From assembly GCF_006345805.1 (NCBI RefSeq), contig NC_043001.1, positions 107,880,001 to 107,944,000 on the forward strand: 64,000 nucleotides of DNA, given 5' to 3'. The notes below the pieces were generated by a model. That model ran no database searches. It was given only the letters and a program-made list of their open reading frames with translations, and had not been told where the DNA came from. Positions 53,931-64,000 of this stretch are shown here, piece after piece; the stretch's first letter is position 1, and every line of letters begins with the position of its first letter. This DNA comes from Octopus sinensis (lineage: Eukaryota). The position numbers and the translations under genes were made by a program.

Positions 53931-56572
53931 AAATATGGAAAATGAGAAGGGTATAGATTAATGAGATGACGACATAGAGGACAGGAATAAAAGAATAAGG
54001 AAATGAAGAAAGAGAAGAAAAAAAGAAGCATAAAAGTTCACAGTTGAACTTCCGATCATGTAGAAATAAGTCTATAAGTCCTTAGGTACAATTTTGCGTA
54101 AATCCAAGTCCTGATAACCTTCATGGAGGAACGGCAAATGTATTATTGATATTATTGCTCATTATTCAAAATTTTAAGTGCGCTGCGGAGCTTGAAGATG
54201 TATATTTAAGAACTTCAGATTTTAAGACAATTGTTTTAAAATGATTTTGCAATATAAAATATATTCTTTAAAACGTATTTTGAAAATATGTGTAAAAAGT
54301 ACTTTTTCACTCCGCCCTGTTATATAAACAAGCAAATACTTATCGTAATTAAGACAGATAGATGATTGGAAAATTGAAATAATTATTAGGAACGATAGGG
54401 AAAACAAAGGAAACCAAATTAGCATAAAATTGTCAACTGTTTATTTTATTATTTTCAATGTATTTATAGTTCTTTAATGCAGAGATAGATAAGTTAAGAA
54501 TAAAAAATAAATAGAAAGTATTAAAAAAAAATATCTATAATTGTTTAGAAACCAACATAACGATTAATGTGTAATTAAATAATAAAGCGGAAGTATTTGC
54601 TGTATTTAAACAGTAATTAATATGAGATAATTAGATTAAGCTGATCTTTATTAATTATATCCTAAGGCTTTGGTAAACATCGTTAATTGCTGTTTGTCAA
54701 AGGTAACCCATTTTCGTAAGGATGTCACATCAGTTGCCGCTGCTGCTGTTGTTGTTCCTAGTTAGCTTCAAGTGTGCAGTGATATCAAAGGCATGCGCCT
54801 TAGTGCTTAAGATGTTGCACTCACAATCGCAGGACCGTGGTTTCTGGGCCAGGCAATGCATTCTCTTTTAGAACAGACTACATCATTTCCCCTTGGCTGT
54901 AAACGCGTAATCCTTCGTGGGACGCGCGTTTCGATCAGGAGGGATACCGTGCCCTCGGTTAGTTATACGCAACGCAAACCTGGTAACCATCCTAATGTGT
55001 TCTAGGAATTGAGACCGTAATATCCATGGTTATGTAACATTTGCTTTACTGTGTTAATCAAGCAACCCAAATCGTATATAGACCAAGCGTACTGACGTGA
55101 TTTTTCTCCGCATAAATCCAATACTACGTTATACACTTTATCGTTTTGTCATTGTTGGTTTCAGTTATTACAAGTTCCAGTTCTGACAAGAAAAAAAAAA
55201 CTACAAATAAAACTATTCCATCGATATTTATTCCATCCCTTTTTCCAGACAGTTAATCACAGACAACAATATCTAATAGTTTACCTTTGTTTTAGATGTA
55301 CAACAACGGGACGACAGTTTAATAGTTTCGATTAGTGACACCGGCCTATATTTAAAGATTCTCTTTACTTGTTTCAGTCATTTGACTGCGGCCATGCTGG
55401 AGCACCGCCTTTTGTCGAGCAAATCGACCCCAGGACTTATTCTTTGTAAGCCTAGTGCTTATTCTATCGGTTTCTTTTGCCCAAGGTCGGTCCGAGGGTT
55501 TAGTAGAAGACACTTGTTCTAGGTGCTACGCAGTGGGACTGAATCTGGAACCATGTGGTTGGTAAGCAAACTACTTACAATAGAGCTACTTACCAGACAG
55601 CCACTTACCATACAGCTACTTACCATACAGCTACTAAAAAAAACCTTACAGATACATTTGGAGAATAGATGTACAGATGAAGTCGATGCTAAGTTTAGTG
55701 CAGTTAACTCATTGGGTATTTCAACTTAGTAAAGGTGTTGAGTAGGCAAAATCATTCGGACGTCGGACAGAATGCTTAGCGCCATTTCTTTTGGTTCAGT
55801 TTATTCTGAATGGAAATTTCGCTGAGGTCGACTTTGCCTTTTATAGTTTCGCAATTGATAAAATAAGTACCAGTTGAACGCTGGGGTCGATGTAATCGAG
55901 TTATCCCTCCCCCTCAAATTCTTGTTGGCTTGGTGACAAAATTTGAAACGTGGCTGTGTGGTAAGAAGCTTGTTTCCCAACCACAAGGTTCCGGATTCAC
56001 TCCCACTCGTGGTACCTTGGGCAAGTGTCTCCTGCTATAACCTCGGACCGAACAAAGCCTTGTGATTGGATATGGTAGACGGGAACTGACAGAAGCTCGT
56101 CGTGTATACCATATACGAACAACCCAGCTTCAGAATTTTTCCCCTCAATAAATTCAGAAACAATGCAAAATATAATCAGCGCATTAGCAAAGAAGCATAT
56201 GTTATCGCAAAATATAAACCTCTTTTGAATGCTCCTACCACAGATAAAACGACTACTAGAATTTAGAACAATTCCAACTACTACTGCTACGACCACAACA
56301 GGTCACTTCTAGGTCATTTGACCATTAAAGAAGATTCCATAAACAATCTACTGTGACACACCATATATTTGAGGGGGAAGGATAACTCCTATATATTTCT
56401 TTTTTCTCCTTAATCCTCTTCTGTCCCTACTCCTTGATATCTTCCTTCCTTTTTTCCTTCTTCTCCGCCTTCTTCTTCTCCACCCACAGCTGCTCCTACT
56501 TAAACTATCAATTCTCTGTACTCATAAAACTATTTCTTCAGATTTGCTACTACCTACCGACCAAGCATTCAC

Positions 56573-56621
<49 letters not shown>

Positions 56622-56845
56622 GGAGGGAGAGAGAGAGGGAGGGAGAGAGAGAGAAAGAGAGAGAGAAACTATTTGAGGACTATCGAAATATTTACAAAAC
56701 ATTTCACGTAATTTTTTTCTCTAATTTCATTGTTTCTCTTATTTTACTCTTAGATGGAAAAATCTAAACGTAAGAAACCGGTACGAAAATGTACTTATGA
56801 TAAAATTATTTTAGCATTCTATACCTTGTCGTATTTTCGTTATAC

Positions 56846-56899
<54 letters not shown>

Positions 56900-56952
56900 A
56901 TGCATATGCATGTATATATATGTATATATATAGTATATATATATATGTAATA

Positions 56953-57025
<73 letters not shown>

Positions 57026-57184
57026 CATACATATACATATATAAACGTATGCTGCATTAGAGCGATTTAGACCTTATTTTCAGCATTATAGGTGTTCAAA
57101 CATCCTCAGTCGTACTTAATGACAATTTTAGTTTTCCCTTCTAGTAACACATTGCTAAACCGCTGCTTTACATTAATTTTATAT

Positions 57185-57263
<79 letters not shown>

Positions 57264-58437
57264 AGCATGTGGTAACCAAGCAACCTATCGCAGAATGTGT
57301 TCACAATATGAAAATATAATATCAGTATTATAAAGTGTTAAAAGAGATTACATGAAACCTCAAAGGGATTAAACCTCTCTCTAGTCAAAGTGAAACATAG
57401 CTAACATTTATATCTCATTTATATTTACAGCATTCAGACAAATATGTGATTATGGTGTCGGATTTTTAGCGCCAGACAGGTAATGTGAAAGATAAATAGA
57501 AAATAATTAACTGCAAGATCAACCACGATAACAATGTATGCCTGTTGCTATTAACAGTGTTGCAGTGTTGCATTGATTCGTGGAAAATGTATGTTACCAA
57601 TTCAGAATGCACAACGAACATACACCAAACCTTATATGCCTGTTTACTTATGTGCACACATACATTCTTACACGCGCGCGCGCGTACAAACACAAACATG
57701 AATGTATGTATGTGTCTGTGTATGTGCGTATGTGTACGTATATATGCGTTTATAAATTCATATTTACACATAGATATATTAATTTGGACACATATAACAC
57801 ACAAGTGAAACTTTTGTTCTATGCTGCAAACCTAATATAATATAATATAATCCTTTCTATTATAAGCACAAGGCCTAATACGCATATATACGACGGGCTT
57901 CTTTCAGTTTCCGTCTACCAAATCCACTCACAAGGCTTTGGTCGGCCCGAGGCTATAGCAGAAGACACTTGCCCAAGATGCCACGCAGTGGGAGTGAACC
58001 CGGAATGTAATTTTTTTCATAACGAAATATATTAAAAGATCATGTATATATGTATATATGATGGTGTCCTGTCCGTAGACATGCACGGTTCAACATGTGG
58101 ACTATTATAAAAAACACACAACGCAGCAGGTTAAACTACAGTCAAAGCGCATAATCACCCCATTATACGTTCTACATGCGCTCTTTGCGTTGATGTAATT
58201 AAAAACTATGTATAAAAATATGTTCTTTACACAACAAAATCGCTGTTTAATAACTGAGTGTTAATAGTGTTAATGTTGAAGCAATTAAAAAAGGTCTTAT
58301 ATTGTTTTTTTGTTTTTTTTTCTTCGGAACACATGATCCTGCAGATGTTTCAGGCTTGGGATGACATCATCAGTGAAGCATTGTTTTCTGTTACTCGACG
58401 AAAGAGTGATGAAAGAATTACTAAGTATAATGCACAA

Positions 58438-58513
<76 letters not shown>

Positions 58514-58519
58514 TATTAT

Positions 58520-58720
58520 TCAGTAGTTTTATTTTTATAGCGTGCTTTCACTTCACTACCGAGCGCAGCTCTGTGTGCCTTGGGTATGTGGTGTGATTTG
58601 TTGTGATACTCTGATGCTCTGTTTGTTCTAAGTATTTCTCAGGGCTCCGACAATTATTGGTACTACTACCACCTTTTTCAGCGACCGCAACTGCTTAACC
58701 TCCCAAGCTAACCTATTATA
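58520..58720 (-). mobile_element. 3' end of a second R4/Dong-like family, ending in (AAT)n
   Basis: Minus strand WEVKQLRSLKKVVVVPIIVGAL, then a 3' UTR running into (aat)n. Confidence 0.7.
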
Positions 58721-58767
58721 TCTATCGAATTATTATTATTACTATTATTATTATTGCTATTATTATA

Positions 58768-58833
<66 letters not shown>

Positions 58834-60201
58834 TTATTCTTTTGGTTTGCAGAGAAAACCTATGTGTGACATTTAGAAATACATCGAGAGCGCTGAGGTT
58901 TAGCTATTGAGAGAAGATTAGTAACAGAAGTTAGTGCAAGGCATGTGCCGTCAAAAACGTTTTTTTAAAATAATAAATAGAAGAAAACGTACTCACTTCA
59001 TAGTATACAGTATAGTTTTTGTCTGAAGTCTTTTACTGTTTCACGAATTCTCGACCTATGAAATAAAAATTCGTAGCCTGTGCTGCGACTGAGAAATTTG
59101 GTTCATACACCCAGAACCATGTTAATAGCTTAGGAATGAAATTTATATTTCTCGGTTTTCTGAGAATCGATTTTGATAAAACCTTTCCCAGCGGGTTTAC
59201 ACACTATGATAACATAATTATTATGTATGCTTGATATGTATCATTGCCCTTCATTTTCTGAATAAAAATATCTAGACGGGCTATTTTCATTCAAAAGCTG
59301 AAGAATCTGAAATAATAAAGAAAGGACGTTACCCAGAATAATGAAAACATAATAATGGTGTTGCCACAGTGTGCAAACCAGCTGGGGAAAGATTTATCAA
59401 AATTATTTCACAGAAAATCGAGAAATCCCAAATTTCACTCCTAAGCTATTGGCGTGGTTCTGGGTGTAGTTGTGTGATTCAAGATTCCATCTACTTTGTC
59501 GCCTCATAAGCAAGCGTGAGATGCTCTGTGGCCGAAATTTAGCCCACGCAAGTCTGTAAAGGAGACATACAGAAGATAATACTTCAGTTGGCGTTCAAAG
59601 ATAAAGCTTCAGTTACTGTAATATCATTTCGTATGCTAAATACACTACAAATATCACATGAGTTTTGCACGTGACCATATTAAAATATCAACGTGTTCTG
59701 AGTATGACAACTGAATAGATGAACGTGAGAAATATTTAGTTTTTTGACACCTAATCAAACTCTGATGCCTAACCAAATTTCGATGTACTTTAAAATATTC
59801 CTCTAAAGTTATACTAATTTCCTACATCAATTAGTCTGAATAATTGGCATGTGTCACTCAGATTCACATCATGTGTGTGTGTGTGTGTGTGTTCCTGAGT
59901 GGATACTCGTACACACACACACACACAATGTATATTATGCAGTTAAGGATGAAGTCCAAGCTGTGTCCTCATTATGCACATCTGCTTATCTCAATATTCC
60001 AAATCCACGTGTAGATGCCATAACCGAGTGAGATGTACAAAAGAGTTGAAAATCCTGGAAAATGTATTTTACAGAGAAATTATATCAAAACAGGAAATTG
60101 GAGAAATTTATGGTATACCATTACACACTTCTCATTTGTTAATAATATTTTTTAAAAAAATTGTATTATCATCATCATTATTATTATTATTATTATTATT
60201 A

Positions 60202-60272
<71 letters not shown>

Positions 60273-60300
60273 TTATCCTTATCATCATCATCATCATCAA

Positions 60301-60375
<75 letters not shown>

Positions 60376-60397
60376 TACTATTATTATTATCATTGTC

Positions 60398-61776
60398 ATT
60401 TACTTTTAATCTGCATGTTTGATGCAATCACCTGCCGGGGCACACCCAGCGCCCTAGGGCAAGTGAAGGTTAAGAGTTGTTGAAATATAGCTGAAAGCTT
60501 GGGGAGGGGAGTAGAGATATATCTCCATGTAATGCAAACACAAACATTTACATTGATAGGGTTTTTCTAAGATGTGGGCAGTACTTGTTAGCACAATCTT
60601 TTGGATTTCCTTGAGACATGGTTCTCCAGGGATATTGTCTAGGTGTTTCTGACATCCCTTTTTTATCATACCTAGGGCACCTACAATAACAGGAACAGTT
60701 TTTGTTTTAAGATTCCACATCCTCTGTATTTCGATTTCCAGGTCCTTATATTTACTAAGTTTGTCAAATTCCTTGACAGATACATTTTTATCAGTAGGGA
60801 CGCTTACTTCTATTAGTCTGCAGGTATTTTCTTCCCTGTCTTTAACAATTATGTCTGGTCGATTAGCCTTGATCGTTCTGTCAGTGTTGACTGGAAAATC
60901 CCAGAGGATGGTGACATCTTTACCTTCAACAACTGGCTGAGGATGGTGTTCATACCAGTTAGCAGGAGTGTCGGATTTGTAGTGTTTACATATCTTCCAA
61001 TGTATATACTGTCCTACCCTATCGTGGCGATTTTTGTATTCGTTTGGTGTCAGCACAGGGCATCCCGAAACGAGATGGTCTATCGTTTCGTCAAATGTGT
61101 CGCAGAATCTGCATTTAGGGTCAGTACCATTTCGGAGAACGTTAGCCTGGTAATTTCTGGTAAACAAGCTTTGATCTTGTGCTGCCATTATGAAACCTTC
61201 AGTCTCTGCTTTCAATCCAGAGCTCTTCAGCCACTGATGGGTTGTTGCTTGGTCTACATCAGCATTTTGGCTTCGGAGAATATATTGTCCATGCAGGGGC
61301 TTATTGCTCCACCGCCTCTCAATTTGATTCTGCCCGTTCTTTTTTGCAGTCTGCTTGATTCGCTTTGCTTGCTTGGTAGCAGTGGTTTCCGGCTCTTCAT
61401 CTGGTTCAAGGTTAATGTCTAGTTCCCTTTCGAACTTATAAGCTTCCTTGACTATAGAATGTAGCTTTTTGCTGCTTTCGTGTTCGCACACAAGTCGCAG
61501 CATCCAGTCCTTTGTACTAGATAGGTACCTGTTCATTCCTACAGTAGAGGTCTTATAGCACAGCTCTAATTGCATCATTCCTCTCCCCCCGCTGCTTCTA
61601 GGTAGGTACAAGCGGTCTACATCTGCCTTAGGGTGGTGCATGCTCTTGGATGTCAGTAACTTTCTTGTCTTCCTGTCCAAGCGTTGGAGTTCCGTAAGGT
61701 TCCAGTTAATGATGTTAAAACTGTACTGGACTACTGGAAGTGCCAGGGTGTTAATGGCCTCAATGCAATTTTTCAT
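60398..61776 (-). mobile_element. R4/Dong-clade non-LTR retrotransposon, 5'-truncated, flanked by (AAT)n on both sides
   Basis: Post-RT region HPKADVDRLYLPRSSGGRG, CCHC knuckle CRFC..ETIDHLVSGC, RLE motif NRPDIIV...LIEVSVP...K..KY, and VPVIVGALG. Confidence 0.93.
60454..61776 (-). pseudogene. Truncated ORF: RT thumb region, zinc knuckle and restriction-like endonuclease
   Basis: Open for about 440 codons. A probable 1-nt deletion near 60570 reads past the native stop; the 21447 copy keeps atc ctt aga. Confidence 0.88.
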
Positions 61777-61835
61777 TATTATTATTATTATTATTATTAT
61801 CATTATTATTATTATTATTATTATTATCATTATTA

Positions 61836-61881
<46 letters not shown>

Positions 61882-62299
61882 TCATCGTTTTGGTTTACAG
61901 AGAAAACCTATGTGTGACATTTAGAAGTACATCGAGAGCGCTGAGGTTTAGCAGAAGACACACGAAATATCTTCTATTAGGAATTTTTCAGACAGAGAAT
62001 GAGATAATATCATTAACAACAGCATTATTTGATTCTCTGTCTGAAGGAGTTATGTATCTTATCCTATCACATGTACTGGGTCATCCCATAAATAATGCGG
62101 TTTTTTTGTTATACTTAATTTATTTTTCAAAATTAAGATAAAGTTGTTTTAAATCTAAGATATACTCTCCATTTTCTACAATGCTCTTCCATCTATCTGG
62201 TCGACTTGCAAGGCCCTTCTTTCAAAATTCACTTGCCCATGACAAAAAATACTCCTCCAGTATTGTTCAAATTTCGTCAACAGAATTCATATTTTTTCC

Positions 62300-62832
62300 A
62301 CCCAAGTGATCGACCCCAGTACTCCGTTGGTACTTCATTTATCAACCCCGAAAGGATGAAAGTCAAAGTCGACCTCGGCGGAATTTGAATTCGGAATGTG
62401 CTGACGGGCGAAATACCTATTTCTTTACTACTTACAAGGGGCTAAACATAGAGAGGACAAACAAGGACAGACAAGCGGATTAAGTCGATTATATCGACCG
62501 CAGTGCGTAACTGGTACTTATTTAATAGACCCCGAAAGGATGAAAGCTAAAGTCGACCTCGGCGGAATTTGAACTCAGAACATAGCAGCAGACGAAATAC
62601 CTATTTCTTTACTACCCACAAGGGGCTAAACACAGAGAGGATAAACAAGGACAGACAAACGGATTAAATCGATTATATCGACCCCAGTGCGTAACTGGTA
62701 CTCAATTTATCGAACCCGAAAGGATGAAAGTCTAAGTCGACCTTGGCGGAATTTGAACTCAGAACGTAACGGCAGACGAAATACGGCTACGCATTTCGCC
62801 CGGCGTGCTAACGTTTCTGCCAGCTCGCCGCC
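62300..62832 (-). mobile_element. SINE family A, one head plus three body units
   Basis: Three gtcgacctcggcggaatttgaa units; head at 62790-62832. Confidence 0.9.
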
Positions 62833-63083
62833 TCCTGAATATTGTATATAATGAATATGCTTGTAAGCATTTGTGCGAATACATAAGACAGAAAGCTAGA
62901 CAGCCGTATGGCTAGATAGATATAATTATATAGCAATGCATTTCAGTTGAGTATACATAACACTGTTTAAACAGGTTAAACATGGAGGTCTCTGTTAACA
63001 CAATGTACATTTGCTTTTGGTGGTGGATAAAACTGCACTTGAATAACTTTGTGTATTTTTTTGCCTTAATTGACTGAAAAAGA

Positions 63084-63119
<36 letters not shown>

Positions 63120-63251
63120 TGGGGAGGGGGAGATGAAATCGGGAGGTAGAAAAGCAAGAAGGGCCTTGTGAGAGATAGAGAGAGAGAGAGAGATAATGGT
63201 GGCATATGTGGTTGAGCGAGTTGTATAATAGAGGTTTCATAACCCTGCTTG

Positions 63252-63293
<42 letters not shown>

Positions 63294-63391
63294 TCAATAT
63301 AGGGTGGCAAAAAAAATTTTGTAGAATATTTTTTTGCCACCAGCGGCCTAGTGGGAAAAAATTAAATAGTCATAGACCATTTTTAAGTTCA

Positions 63392-63528
63392 ATATCAACA
63401 ATCAAGGAACGGCCATAATAGGCCATTCACCCACTAGAAATAACAGCCAAAGCTTCAACGGTTGAAGCTTTGGCTGTTATTTCTAGTGGGTGAATGGCCT
63501 ATTATGGCCGTTCCTTGATTGTTGATAT
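63392..63528. repeat. Perfect 137-bp palindrome (68-bp arms, 1-nt spacer)
   Basis: ...aaagcttcaac-g-gttgaagcttt...; no mismatch seen. Confidence 0.97.
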
Positions 63529-63577
<49 letters not shown>

Positions 63578-63966
63578 TTAAATACGTATACACACACAAC
63601 CACACGGAATATGTTGAAAAGCAAGCGTAGGCTTTTGCTTATTTATATGCAAAGAGACATTCATAACCGGAGTGAAATAAGAAATGAAAATAGGGCAAAA
63701 ATGCAAAAAAAAAAAAACAGACAAAGCTGAATAAGAGTGCAAAGTCAATAGAGTTTGCTTGAAATGAAAAAAGATATCGAAGGTTTGGAAAACGGTTGTT
63801 GTTTGTCAAGATAAATAAGAGAAAGAAATGGATTAGCACGCCCACACGAACACACACACGCGCACGCATGAAAGCGCATACACACACACACACACACCAC
63901 ACACACACACAAACACATAAATGTATAGCCTATGTGTCGGTCTGTCTACTTCTATGTATGTATGCT

Positions 63967-64000
<34 letters not shown>

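Noticed and set aside
61777-61830. N-terminal MIIIII extension of the 458-aa ORF
   Set aside because: It is the flanking (AAT)n tract, not part of the element.

Overview
AT-rich, repeat-saturated eukaryotic DNA, not prokaryotic. The SINE families look like those I recall from Octopus, so a coleoid cephalopod intronic or intergenic region is likely (inference). Almost all ORF-track entries are microsatellite translations. The window contains: two abundant tRNA-derived SINE families (called A and B here; A forms head-to-tail concatemers); non-LTR retrotransposon remnants (R4/Dong-like elements sitting in (AAT)n, Tx1-like, RTE-like); a Penelope-like GIY-YIG fragment folded into a 1.3-kb inverted repeat; mariner MITEs and remnants; a non-autonomous Helitron; about ten minimal hammerhead-ribozyme-like motifs, one in the tail of a tRNA-headed SINE-like element; and several fold-back palindromes next to (TA)n. 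No host gene can be named. One 66-codon coiled-coil-like exon (28333-28535) and two weaker exon candidates are supported only by splice signals and open frames. There is a 100-N assembly gap at 52759-52858. Coordinates were read by eye and repeat boundaries are approximate.
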